From positions 9,200 to 73,199 of the forward strand of contig ADNK01003385.1 of assembly GCA_000320545.1 (NCBI GenBank): a stretch of 64,000 nt of DNA. The letters are read 5' to 3'. Below, in pieces: positions 15,681 through 29,378 of this stretch. The position numbers and the translations under genes were made by a program. The stretch is from Bigelowiella natans CCMP2755 (taxonomy: Eukaryota > Protista > Cercozoa). The notes under the pieces are model-generated. The model had not been told where the DNA came from and made no database searches. It worked only from the letters and a program-made list of their open reading frames with translations. Position 1 is the first letter of the stretch. Each line of letters begins with the position of its first letter.

Positions 15681-15982
15681 GTCCTCATAGTAAGCAACAA
15701 ACAAACAAATAATGAAGAGGAGGAGCGAATATCACTACTACAACTATAACTGCTGCTACTGCTGCTGCTGCTACTACTGCTAATACCAACTAGGGTTCAT
15801 GATTCTTTCTGGCCTTGGAATCTTTGCTATTGCTTGTACGTACCTGCTCTATTGCCGGTGCTATGCAGCTTGCAGAGGCGAGTTCTCCATTCTACTCCAG
15901 TACCAGAATAATCAGCAGCAACGTGACGACGAAGTAAAGGAGGTTGAGGTGGTGGTGGGGGAGGATGGCCGATGATCGATGA
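11347..15982 (+). CDS. Nodulin-like / NFD4-type major facilitator superfamily transporter (spliced)
   Basis: Exons GTCGNLGQYFGFIAGLVFDKYGPR, WLDNAAIVTNISNFPQHTG/LVVGLGKAFNGLGASV, VWQAICTMEFWL, SGSASGRLAVG, LYGMCELAAIYSAVNFAPMLGS and ACIGIQCFQT. GT-AG introns; TGA at 15980-15982. Confidence 0.85.
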
Positions 15983-17355
15983 TCGAAGATGACGGGACAA
16001 GAATTACCAACTGTAGAAAACACAACAGCACTAACAGTATAATCGCAAAGAACAAGAAGAGGATGGTCAGAATAGATGCTACTGGAGATTATAGCAGTGG
16101 TGCCTAGTAGTAGTAGCGCATGATGTAAGTAATGAGCGGTGGTAAAAATTATCAATATAGCTGAAGATAACGATGATTGATAATAATGATCTAGATAATG
16201 ATGATGATGATGATGAAGAAGTGGAAAATAAGTAGACGTAATTCCCACTAGCAAAGTTAAGAAGTAAATGGTGGAGGTTAGTAATGCATTTTCATAAATT
16301 ATGTACAATAGACTGATAATACATGTTTACAATCTACATTTTCATCTTTATAGCATGATGTGCGTACACAAAGCAATCGCAAAATCATGGCAGATGGCAG
16401 TGCTTTATTTTCAAAAAAAGGGCTGCGGCACAGCTAGCGAATTTGGTAAATAATGAAAAATTCGTGTCTCAATACTAGAATATGGAAAGTCCAAGTACAA
16501 CTTGTGGAAGAGTTGCTAAACATTCATTATTACCAAAAATTCAGGCAGCATCAAAAGTTTGAATTGTGGATGTGGTTATTCGCAGTGGTACAAGGCGTTT
16601 CCCCCACCAAGCTAGCAAGTGGGCCATTTGTGGGGTGCATGTGACACGCACAGCATGCTTGCATGCTATCTAGCTATGCACAAGACAGCAATAGACGACA
16701 GCAACATTGCATGTGCATCATGTCTAGATGTTACATGTCCATCACATCATCATTGTCCTTGTCTACCCTAGCACCGCTAGACCGTGAAAATGAGGCCACG
16801 CTAGCACGGTCTCAGCTAGTCAGCTAGCGGTCGTGCATGCATATATGCATGCAGCACCAAACACTAGCTGCACACTGGTTAGCTAATAATAACTGTGCTA
16901 GTGCAGCTATTATACTATAGCTGATAGTTTGACGCATCATGAATGCCACTCGCGCACATTGCTCACATCTACACATGCCAGGACATATTTTGCATATGAG
17001 TTCGCAGCTGTGCGTCCCGACGACCATTCGAACGAACTTCACAACACGAGCTAGCAATCTAGCAATAGAGCAGCATACCAAAAATGTAGTGTAGTGTTGG
17101 CTTGCATTGCTCAAAAAGCAGACGGCTAGAGTAAAATCGATCAATGTGGACCGAACACATTAGGAGTGCGATTTACAGCTAGTAACGAATGAACTGATCT
17201 AGTGGCATCACCAACGTCACATGCATGTACATGTCATTGACAATGTTGTTGCATTCATTTCATCGCCTTTTGCACCACCCACTACGATACGTACTCCCAA
17301 GATCTTACATAGCCTCCCAGCACCGTCTTAAAGATGTGTTTTCTATGGATGGAAG

Positions 17356-17950
17356 CTACTTAAGCATCTTCACTCTGCTCTCCTCAGGAATAGGCTCGAG
17401 CCGAGTGACACCGTTCATATATGGAACGAGCACCTAGATTTGCATTGGATTGAGTTATTAATAATATTAGAAGTAGTAGAAGAAGAAAAATAACAAAATG
17501 AAAAAGATGAAAAATAAGAATGGAAGAAAAAGGAAAAACAGTAGGAACGATGATAAATAGTCGAATTTTCCAATCATATTATATGTATTTTTATAAGTTA
17601 GTATAAAATAAACTATATTTGTAACTAATTCGCACAGAAGAACACAAGAGCAATCATCGATGTGGAAGTAAGAACTAACTACAGTGTACGACGATATATG
17701 TAACGGTTATATATTGAAGAGATGTATTATATGTAGAAAGATAATACTTCTGGCACTGTAATAGACCCGTCTGGATTTTGATAATTCTCAAGAATTGCCA
17801 CCTAAATTGATAAGATGCATCAAAGGCACATCGATGATGATTCAAGCACAATTAAGACAAAGAAGAAGAAGAAGAAGAAGAAGAAGACAGGAAATAAAGA
17901 CTAAAGATAACATATTTAAGTCTACTGGTCCCTCTCCCCCTTCTCCCCCT

Positions 17951-17998
<48 letters not shown>

Positions 17999-18021
17999 GA
18001 CAGAGAGAGACAGAGAGAGAC

Positions 18022-18076
<55 letters not shown>

Positions 18077-18452
18077 AGGAGACATGAAAAGAGAACAGAT
18101 GGATTGTTAGTGATAGTTACCAGTGCCCTTCCAACGGCTACTCCTGAGCCGTTCATCGTATGGCAAAATACCGTCTTTTTATTGCCCTGAGGATGATGCT
18201 CAAATATTATGGAAAGAAGTAGGTCATGATACAATACATACTTATTCATTCTTGTACTGATGAATCAAGAAACTCTCCCCGTCATCGTCATCACCTCATC
18301 ATACTCATCATATTCTTCTACTGCTACTACACTCGTCACCACCTTCTTCTTTTTATTTTTTCCTCCTCCTCCTCCTCCCTTTTCTCCTTCCTCGTCGTCG
18401 CTATTTTTCTTCTCATCAGGTTTATACCGAAGGGCCATGCGTCGAGCCTTCG

Positions 18453-18488
<36 letters not shown>

Positions 18489-18657
18489 CTATACATGAGC
18501 AGGAAGAAAACGGAGAGTACAGGGGCCTCAAATACAGCATAAAATACAGCATACAGCTACCATACCAATTCCCAATTCAATTGCGTTGTCACCGATATTT
18601 TATGTTTGAAGATGTTATCATGTCTATATATTTCCATAACTACAACTGCTTGCTGCC

Positions 18658-18693
<36 letters not shown>

Positions 18694-18791
18694 ACTACGG
18701 AGATCATCGCATAAGACAACAACACAACTTAGACGGTTCATTTTGCTGATGATGGTCATCATCGACTACTACTATTGCTTTTCTTGATTGA

Positions 18792-18829
<38 letters not shown>

Positions 18830-19844
18830 GAAAGTCTCCACAATTGGACACCGAAGCGATTTCACGATATTGTCCTTGCCCTGGCATCCATACCTGAGAT
18901 GATGATGATGGTGATGATGATGATATGGTGTTTGTAATGTTCTCTCGTCTCCTGCCCCTTTACTCTTTACCAGCCCCCCCCTTATCATCATCATTACCTA
19001 CATATGTTGTCCTCATCGATACATATCCATTAACTACAGCTGGTGCTGCTGCTACTACTACTACAACTACTAGTAGTAGTAGTAGTATTACCTCTAAATC
19101 GTAGCAATGCCGTGCTGAAAAACCGATGTCGCCACTACATAGCCTCACCTTCAAAGACATGATTCATGAATAACGAGAGTGATAATAATGATAATTGCAA
19201 TGAGTAGTAGGGGGGGGGGGGGGGGGGGGGGAGGATTATGAGGAGGAATGGCCTCGTTATCATGATAGTGAAAAGGGAAGCTTGAGGAGTATCAGTGTTA
19301 CCTTGCGGTAGGGTAATTTCAAGGCTCTTAACACATTCTCAGAATGCTGACACATCTAGCAAGAATTGCAGTAGTGGTAGTACACAGAGGAGGAGGGGGG
19401 GAGAGGAGGAGGAGGAGGAGGAGGATTGTTAAAAGAATAGTAATGATCACTACCAGTATTATGTTCTTTACGATTATTATATGTTGTAGTATCTTATTAT
19501 TTAGGTGATTCTCCTCCTCCTCCTCCTCCCCCATGCCTTCTCCTTGCGGTGATGATGCGTTGTTTGTAACGGTATTATATGGCTTTTGTTGATAACTAGT
19601 AAACAAACTACTTCTTCGTGAAGGTCATTGCTGCTTTCTTTGCTGCTAATTCTCACTAATTCGACCTAAATATATATACATGGAACGCAATCATGGGAGG
19701 GGGAGGGGGAGGGGGATAAAAATACTGAGCATCACAATATCCTCACATGCAAGATGATAGTATTCAGCAAACAGATCCCCATACGCCAAATACGAGAAAA
19801 ACACTTATTAGCGTTGGTATTACAATGGAAATACTACAACACCA

Positions 19845-19875
<31 letters not shown>

Positions 19876-20091
19876 TATGGAATTGGTGCTGACGAAGAAG
19901 ACCCCTTGTATCTCTCCCACCTATGATATCATATCATCGATGAAAGGTGAAAGAGAGGGTAGTAGTAGTAGCAGCAGCAGTAGCATATTGAATATCAAGT
20001 CAAAGAGAGAATAGTAGTAGTAGTAGTAGTTATAGCGTGATGACGACTACAACAAAGATAATGATGATGATGTGTAATGATGGATGGTGGG

Positions 20092-20129
<38 letters not shown>

Positions 20130-20360
20130 CATATCTTCCTTCCTCTCCCTCCCCCCCCTCTCACCTGAATCGGATTCTGCTCGAAAGCATGGTGTGTGAG
20201 CGACAAGAGAAATAGGAAGATCTGATTCCTAAACAGTGTTAAATCATCATTTTCAAGTTAAAAATCATAATTTCACATCGTTCAATGTGGTGCGTTTAAT
20301 AGTTAATATGGTTTTATTGGGGTAGGACATGCAATGTAGCTCCTCTTTCTTTCCTTTTAG

Positions 20361-20397
<37 letters not shown>

Positions 20398-20444
20398 ATC
20401 ATCATCATTTTGACGATAACGTGTTCGCAATTATTAGCATGAAG

Positions 20445-20477
<33 letters not shown>

Positions 20478-20864
20478 GTAATATCCCGTCTCGATACAAC
20501 GACGTAAGAGGGACCTGGTAGGAGGAAGGGAGGGAGGGAGGGGGTTAGCAGCCATATAATATCAATATTAGTTGTATATGCTTGTCATCATTAGCATCAT
20601 TATCATCAATATCATAATTTCTTTTAATATCACATCAAGTCCATGGCTACCACCCCCCTTCTGATAGAGTCAAAACATGTAATCATTGAAAAGTAAATTC
20701 TCAATAGGTTGGAATCCATTGCTCTCGTGCATGTATTTTTTTGGGGATCCTTCTCCTCTTATCATCTACCTACCTCAGCAGTTGGAATTAGGAAAGAATC
20801 TTGCCCACTGAGTATGCGTGTGTGTGTGTGTGTGTGTGTGGGTGTGTGTGTGTGTGTGTGTGTG

Positions 20865-20909
<45 letters not shown>

Positions 20910-20952
20910 AGTGTGGCTAATCTATGATGCGGGGGCATGTTATCCATCATAG

Positions 20953-20996
<44 letters not shown>

Positions 20997-21039
20997 AGTG
21001 TGGCTAATCTATGATGCGGGGGCATGTTATCCATCATAG

Positions 21040-21089
<50 letters not shown>

Positions 21090-22444
21090 AGTGTGGCTAA
21101 TCTATGATGCGGGGGCATGTTATCCATCATATCGTCGCTTCTCTCTGTGCTATTCTCTCATCAATACAGCCTCCTATTTACGTATTTTCCTCCTCCTCCT
21201 TTCATCGTCGTCATCACCATCAATCGTCAATACCATTATGTATGACTTTGTTTTCTCTCTCTCTCTCTCTCTCTCTTTGTCTGTTTTGGTTGGTGGTAAT
21301 CCTGTCCTACCCAACGTCATGGTTCGTCTGAAAGAGATCATCTTCAAACTTGGGTAGCTGGCCAGTGCCCTGTAATAATAATAACGACGATGGTGATGAC
21401 ATTAGATCAAGATTACTTCTACCCCCCCCCCTACAGTCGGTACTAACATAATATACACCTGCTGCCTTTAGTAATATACATCAACGATAATTACAACGAC
21501 AACGATGACGATGCCAAATGTATCATCATCACCATAAGCAGCACCACGCTTCCTCTTTCTGCTGTTGTTGTTATTACTTCCAGAGTTTGTCTAGATACGA
21601 TGTAAGGAACTGAGTGCTCCTCGTAGCCGTGTTCCATCGTGTGCATATTAAGCATGAATGCGGAAAGAGCCCTTCAATATCATCATATATTTTGAGTACT
21701 ATAATTAGCAACGATAAGGATAAGATTACTATCTTTACTTAGTTACTCCTTCGTAGTACCCTACTGCCAAAACCCATGGCATCACACTCATATGCATACT
21801 AACATGCATGCACAAACACACACACACACACAACGAACAGCACATTAATGTGGGAAACAAACAAACCAACAAGAAAGAAGTCAATTAATCCTCGCCATCA
21901 TCTTCCTTTACACGGCAAGATAAGAAATAAATAACTAAATTTATTCATTAATAATACCGTTCAAGACTTGCGAGGGGGCCCTTTAGCACTGAGAATCTAG
22001 CACCAGAAACTACCCGCAACCACCACCATCATTATCATAATCATCATCATCATTATCATCACCATCATCATCATCACGTGGCCATATTCGTAGTCCGCTC
22101 AAATCAAATGATGTCATTTATTCCTTCCATTTAAGATTGATAGATCTCATGATTGAGTACTCTCTCAAGGTATTGACTATCATCAAGAACTGCTGTAAAA
22201 CAACTATTCCTCTCCTCCTCTTCCCCGAGTATCTATCATTAGAGTATGATATTTATGGATTATCAACACAGAGTAGAGCTACCTTTAACCGCAGCCTCTG
22301 GTGCATAACCACCTAGGTTTGTTGCGAGTTCATCGTGCCATTTCATGCCGTCGTCATCCGTATCATCACCACGCTTAAATTCATCGCCCCATTGTAGCAC
22401 CAGCTTAATAGCGTCGTTTGTTACAATGATAAGAAGAAGAAGAC

Positions 22445-22479
<35 letters not shown>

Positions 22480-22930
22480 AGAAGAAGAAGGGGGGGAGTA
22501 GTACAAATAAGTTAAGTATTGAGATCAAGTAGCCACTGCCAAGGTGTTGATGAAGGAAAAACTTGACGATGCAAAATCATCCTCTGATGGATGGATAAGG
22601 TACGATGTAGATCATTCTCTCAGAAATTCTAACGACACCTCTAACAGAATAGCAGCAGTCGCATTCTCAGCCGCAGTGGCAGCCATAACAGTAATAAACA
22701 ACAATGATAATAAAAACGATAACAACACACTGCTTTTACTACGTGTTACAACCTACAACTACTACTACTGGTACTACTACTACTACTACAACTACCTGAT
22801 TCTCTTCATCAGAGTCTCCATCAGGTACCTATGCTCGACATACAGCATATAATAAAAGCATGTTAGGAAAATAGTATTACTAGTGCTACAATAACGAAAA
22901 GTCTGGCTTTTCCAGTATATGATAATAACG

Positions 22931-22961
<31 letters not shown>

Positions 22962-24679
22962 CCATGGATTTTACAATTACAGTACTATGCGTCATCAGCT
23001 TGTTGTTCTTCTAAGCTGTTGTTGCATGCACTTGTCGTGATATGATCTCATATTAGTATCATCATCGTCATCATCATCACCATCATGATCTCATTGCCAT
23101 GGTGTAAATAAGTAAGTAGTAGCACCACCCTTTCATCGAGCAGGTTTGGCAGTCTGGAGAATAATGCATTGCATTGCTGTAAAACCTATGAGAGTTTATT
23201 GTTATGGTTAAGAGCGAGAGTCCTAGTAGTTTATCATTTCTCTCTGTGGGAGTAAGAGGCATATGGTGGGTGCATCATCATCATCATCACCATCATCTTC
23301 ATCATCATCCTCATCCTGCTGCGTTGTGATTCTATCATCTTTGATGCAGTGCATCAGTAGTAGTCACCGGTGCTACATCTTCATAAAACTATTCTGTATG
23401 ATTCTCATGATACTCTTACTTCATCAAGATCTTCCTCTGCTTCAGCAGCGGCAGCATTTGCTTTTTCAACCTACGAGAAGGAGGAATACTCGGCATCAAA
23501 GCTACCATCCGAATATTACCACTCACGACTTATATCAAACAGTACTATTTGAAAACATTGTACTACCTGAGCCTTGATATCAGCGACTTTATCTTCCTCG
23601 CCATTTCTCATCTACGGTGGCAGAGCGAAGACAGGATAAGAACGATGATCGATTAGTCATTACATGCAGCACAGCACGGTAGAACACAACACACATATTG
23701 TTGTAGTATTTTTGTCCATTAGTAACCTCAACAAGCAAAAGAGTTACTAATTCGTAGCACAGAGAATCTTATAACTACCAGCTGTCCTATTTGCTGGGAG
23801 AGAGTCTTCCTTTGGCTAAGAGCCTGAAGAAGAAGAAGAAGAAGAAGAAGAAGAAGAAGAAGAAGATGATGATGATGATGATGATGATAACGATGATGAT
23901 GATGACAAGCAGGTTGTTGTTACATACATTATCTATGCAGCACATCAAGTAGTAGTAAGCAGCATGGTATTATTCGAATATTTATTGACCGAGTCTCTTT
24001 CTTTTATCAGCATCCTTCTTCGTTCATTAAGGTTTCTGAGAGGGAGGGAGGCAATAATACAAGGAGGAATATTAAGGAAACATCATTAAATGGAACTTAC
24101 ACAACTTCCTGAACACACACACACACACACACACACAACACAACACACACAACACACACAACACTCACGCTCAGAGATTAAGCATGCGCAACAAATAATG
24201 TACGGATGGTACCCTATCGTAGTAACAGCCTCGATCATATCCTCCTTTGCTCTTCTTGCTTTGAGGTGGATAAGAACAACCTCTGGAGAATCCTCTAATA
24301 ATCTTAGATCAAAATTGACACTCTGCGCGTCTGCTCTGGCCATACCCTCCTTCTCTGCAACGTCAGCACCCATGCGCACTACATCCGCCCCTCTTTTTAG
24401 TATATTAGACTTAGATATACTTCTTGCGAACAATGAAGAGGATCCAAAATTTGGTGTTAATAGCCCCCCCCTTCCCGTCGTCGCTCTGTAAGTTCCGACT
24501 CTAGACGATAGGGACGTCGTAGGGCGCAGAGATAAAGCGATCAAGGTGCACGCACATAAGACTACTGCCAATAAGACCAGCTTCATCCCTGTTTGAAACT
24601 TTCTCCTTGGCCGGTTAGTCGTCACTATACGGTGAGTTTGAAGTGGATGGTGGAACGCATGCTGCCCAACTCGTTGCAT
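17356..24679 (-). CDS. serS: Seryl-tRNA synthetase, bacterial/organellar type, with signal peptide plus transit-like leader
   Basis: Exons [105 protein letters not shown] and [22 protein letters not shown]. Leader [19 protein letters not shown] is followed by an S/R-rich tract (alternative ATG at 24586). Confidence 0.95.
20868..21130. repeat. Three tandem copies of (GA)n + GCAGTGTGGCTAATCTATGATGCGGGGGCATGTTATCCATCAT within a serS intron
   Basis: Three identical ~43-bp cores separated by (GA)n tracts are directly visible. Confidence 0.95.
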
Positions 24680-25555
24680 CCTCTTCCTGCTGGTGGTGGG
24701 AAATAGGGAGGGGGAACATGAGGTCCTGCTTCCAAGCTATGCAACACAACAACAACGAAATACGATATCGACGCCTTAGTCATCCCTATTACGTCAGAAA
24801 CACGTTACCGTTCTCGTAGAAGGAGATTGTGGCGTTATCGGAGAGAGTGGGGTAGGGTTACGTCTTCCAGATGCAACTACTTCAGAATGAAATTGTTGTG
24901 GTTGTTGTTGCTGCTATTGCTGTTATTTTATAGGATATTTTCATAATAAAGAAGCGGCATATAAATTTACGGCAAGCTATACTTTGACAAAGTCATAGAT
25001 CTCATTCAAGGAAATGCTTTTCAATGGCCTAGGTGTTCTCAAGGATAATTTATTGACCAAATTAGGGACACGTGGAGGCAAAAATTACTGGTGAGAAATA
25101 GCGACAAATAAATATTAACTTGCCGCCTCTCTATTGTACAGAATTTTCTTCATTTTTGTTATGTTTTCAGTCGCAGGAGACTAATAACATGAGGGTCGAA
25201 AATTTTACATTTCAGCCATACCGGTACTCAACTCACAAAGAAAGTTCGTATGGGAAATTTCGCGTAAACTTCTGAAGATCTAGCTCAAGACGACAGAAAC
25301 GCAAGCGATTTTTTCAAAGAACCTCGACTGCGCGAGCACGTGTAAGATTCAGAAGTGATGTGAAGTGAATATTTTATGAATATCTTGCTTGAACGCCAGG
25401 CATAATCTAATAATTCCTGTGAAAATACAGGAGTATCACGAAAGACGACATAAAATAGAGGGGAATTTGTGTGTAGAATGTAGAAGCTTCTTAGCACACG
25501 CCGCTGCATACTATTCCACAGAATTCCAAAGCACCTACCATCAAAGTCGAAAAGA

Positions 25556-26065
25556 ATGTCGTGGCGTGCATCAGCTTCAAAGGCCTCGCAAGCACGAGAG
25601 ATCGTCAATAAAGGAAATGTTAATGGGATCGAGAAGAAGTGTAAGTCATCACATTGATTGAGAACTTTAGAGAAGAACCCCTTTGACATTGCCGAATGGA
25701 AATTTAGGGGGTGGTGGAGGCAATCAAAGAGGAGGAGTGAATGCTAAGAGGATCGAGGAAGATGAAGACTTCAAGCGTGAGTTAAATTAATTTTCATATC
25801 ATTTCCATTGTTTATTCATTGTGCGCAATTCTCAGACCGCAAGATTACTGTTGAGTTCAAAAAGGCGCTCATGAAAGCCAGACAAGCTAAAGGACTCACA
25901 CAGAAGCAGCTTGCAAATATGATACAGGTCCAGCAATCAGTGATTCAGCAGTATGAAAACGGAAAGGCGATACCGAATGGCCAGGTGATCAGCAAACTTG
26001 CCCGGGCATTAGGGACTAGATTTCCAAAGATTCCCAAGAAGAAGAAAGTAAAATCCGAGGATTAG
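25556..26065 (+). CDS. MBF1: Multiprotein bridging factor 1 (MBF1/EDF1), 3 exons
   Basis: Spliced MSWRAS...IEKKW/GGGGNQRGGVNAKRIEEDEDFK/RKITVEFKKALMKARQAKGLTQKQLANMIQVQQSVIQQYENGKAIPNGQVISKLARALG, matching the MBF1 HTH. Confidence 0.92.
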
Positions 26066-27234
26066 ACTCTTAAGAAGATTCAGTGGAACAAAATGCATTA
26101 CACTGTGCAAATTGTTGTCAAATCACACGCGTAGACATATCCTAGATCATTAGTTTCGCGGGAGGCGAGCAATCGTACATGTCTAGATGTGGCCATACCT
26201 AGATGCGTATGCACGTACTAGCGTAGCTAGCTAGGCTAGCCGCACGCAGCTATGTACGCAGACACGCGACGCCTAGCCAAGCATTCGAGCTGAAGCCGTC
26301 CTGATGGCTTCTAGTTTATACGAAGACCCGCATTTTGGTCCAAAAACATCAACAACGTGCTCTAGTACTACACGTACAAGCTAGCAAGGAAACCAATGCA
26401 TTCTATGCTAGCGATCCACGCACTAACAAGCTAGCTGGTCTAGTCAAGCTAGCAAGTAGTACGGCTAGCTAGCTAGATGAGATGTTCCGCGTTTACTAGT
26501 TCATCATTTGCCAGCGCTGCACGTGCTAGCTAGCTAGCGTGCATGCTGTACGTGACCATCTAGTGGAACTTCACTGGCACATACAACTCTAGAGCACACT
26601 CTAGAACACTGCTAGTGAACTAGACGCAAACTGGCAGGCACGACTAGACGAAGCGTGTATAGCTCCGCGAACTGCATTTCTCTAGTTCTGTAGTTCTGTG
26701 GAGAGCACTGCAACTCTAGCAGACCTCGTCAATGGGCGTGTTTCACCGACACGTGAATCTGGAGAGCTGCGTATGTAGCGATGCACCAGTCTAGCTAGTG
26801 TACGCACGTAGACGCAGGTAAGCAGGTTAGCAGGGCTAGAGGGCTAGAGGGCTAGAGGGCGGGCTACGGAAAATGATGTGGAAATAAAATTTGCACATCA
26901 TTTTTCGCTGGCTAGCTGGTCGCGAGCTTCACTAGTGCCGCCGCTGCGTTGCTGCGCTTGCTGCAAGATCAGACCCGCAACTGCATGCGAGAAACCGATC
27001 ATCTAGCGATTGTCGACTACCGTCCATCTATGTGTCATCATGTGGACCGTCAAAGTCTGCGGTTCCTATGCTAGGTACGATGCGATGACTGCGAAATGAA
27101 AACCTCAAATTGGTTCTTTGCTCTAGTGCTTTGACAATGTATCCGCATTTTTTCGCCAAGCAAGTATAAGATACTTTGTTCATTACAAAGATCAACACAG
27201 TTTTCACGTTCTTACAACATACATTAAGTGTACT

Positions 27235-27447
27235 CTATTTCTTCGCATGCCTCATGCAAAATTCTCTTATCCTTTCGACTGCTTCTTTCAGTATCTTCTT
27301 TGGAGCAAGGAAGACGCACCGAAAATACCTAAATTTGTAAACAAATTGGGAAACGTGAGTGGGGAGGTAAAATAAGAGAATAAAAAGATATCTAAGCAGC
27401 ATCTATTTATTCTCCCTATATAAATAGTTTCCATACAAATCTGTTTG

Positions 27448-27487
<40 letters not shown>

Positions 27488-29003
27488 AGAATGTTTATTT
27501 TTGTGTGCTCCTCTATTTCATTATATTGTGTGGCTACACCAATATCCTTTCAATTGTATTATTAAGAAAGTTTACTGTACTTTGGCGCTCTGAAACACGT
27601 TCCAGGTAGGACGAATACATACTCTTCCAGCAGCAACTTTTGTGAAAATTCAAATGCGTCTTTGATGTCTATGAAGGCCTTCGGTTCTACTTCCAGCTGC
27701 ATCATCACATCATCAATTATTTGCTGCTTTACATCATTATTGACAGATAACAGATACAAAGCCCTTGCGAAGGGAGGATGAGCAAACAAGAAGACGCAAT
27801 CATTTCCAAATATAAAACAACCTCAAGACTTAACAAGAAATAATTTGACGAAATAGTCTAAAGCAGATGTGTTTATTGAAAGCATGTTGAAGGGATCCTC
27901 CCACACCTATGCTGATACTACCGATATTACTACTACTACTACTACTTCTACTACTAATACTTGTACTAGTTCATTCAAAATATGATGATGATGATGATGA
28001 TGATCATCATCATCATCATTTATTACCATGCAGTACATGGCACCATTAGGCTCTATGCACTTGAGGCCTTCAACAGCACATCACCAAAGCAGCAGGAAGA
28101 GAGACAGAAGAGAAGATGAGGTGATGGTGCTAAATATTGATGATATACATTTCACTACGATCATCCCAAAAATCTCCTCATTCCCTTCTCGTTTACCAGG
28201 GATCTTGCCGTCTTTGAAACCTTCCGTAAAAACGCGGGCTTGCTCTTCTAACTAACGAATCACGAAGAGAAAGGAAGAAGAAATATATACGCAACGACTA
28301 CATTAGTAATGACGATGATAAACAGCGTAATCACATGTAGTATTATTACAGGACTGTTATTGCAAATTATATGATGTATCTCTCACACCAATTTTGTGTT
28401 TATATGTGACGTGCTGTACACTGGCGTTCATGCTTCATGATGATGCCGATGGAGAAGAGGATGATAATGATAATAATGGGAAATGAATCAAAGAAACTAT
28501 ACTACCTGCTTATTAAATTTGGTATAATAGTCTTTATCTGTTTTGTGCAGCATCGCTGGAATCGAGTGCTGTACAATAGAGTTAGACCCTAAAATCAATC
28601 TGAAGAACAAAGTAGAAAATAATACAGAATAAGAGACAGAGAAGAAACTACAACCAGATATAAAACTACAGAAAGATCATCATTAAAAAGAAAGAGAAAA
28701 GAAATACATGTACTCTATGAGACACCTCATTCACGATAAGGTGAGAGGAAGAAGAAGAAGAAGAAGAAGAAGAAAGAAGAAGAAAGAATCTCCGTTTGTA
28801 CTACTTCCTCTCCCCTCCTCCTTTTCCAAGCACTAATTCCCATATTATTAGCTAATAATCCTCCTTTTCCAGGCACCAATATATATCCCATCATATTGTT
28901 AGCTAATAATTATGTTTCCACCTGGACATGTTGATGAGTCCTTCTCGTACATGTTTAAGCCGAGATTTACGATCATGTATAAGGATCCATCCTACACGCC
29001 TAC

Positions 29004-29081
<78 letters not shown>

Positions 29082-29148
29082 AAGTGTTGAGTAATGTACT
29101 ATGTACAGATTACACAACTATTGGTTGGATGATGATACCACAACCACC

Positions 29149-29181
<33 letters not shown>

Positions 29182-29327
29182 CTCCCCTTTTATCATCATC
29201 ATCATCATCATCATGATACTGGGTCAACACTACAACTACAACTACTACAACTACTACTACTACCATCCTGGAACGCAATACTGCTTTGCTAACCCACCTA
29301 TGGAAAGCACAGGGACCTGCAATCATC

Positions 29328-29378
<51 letters not shown>

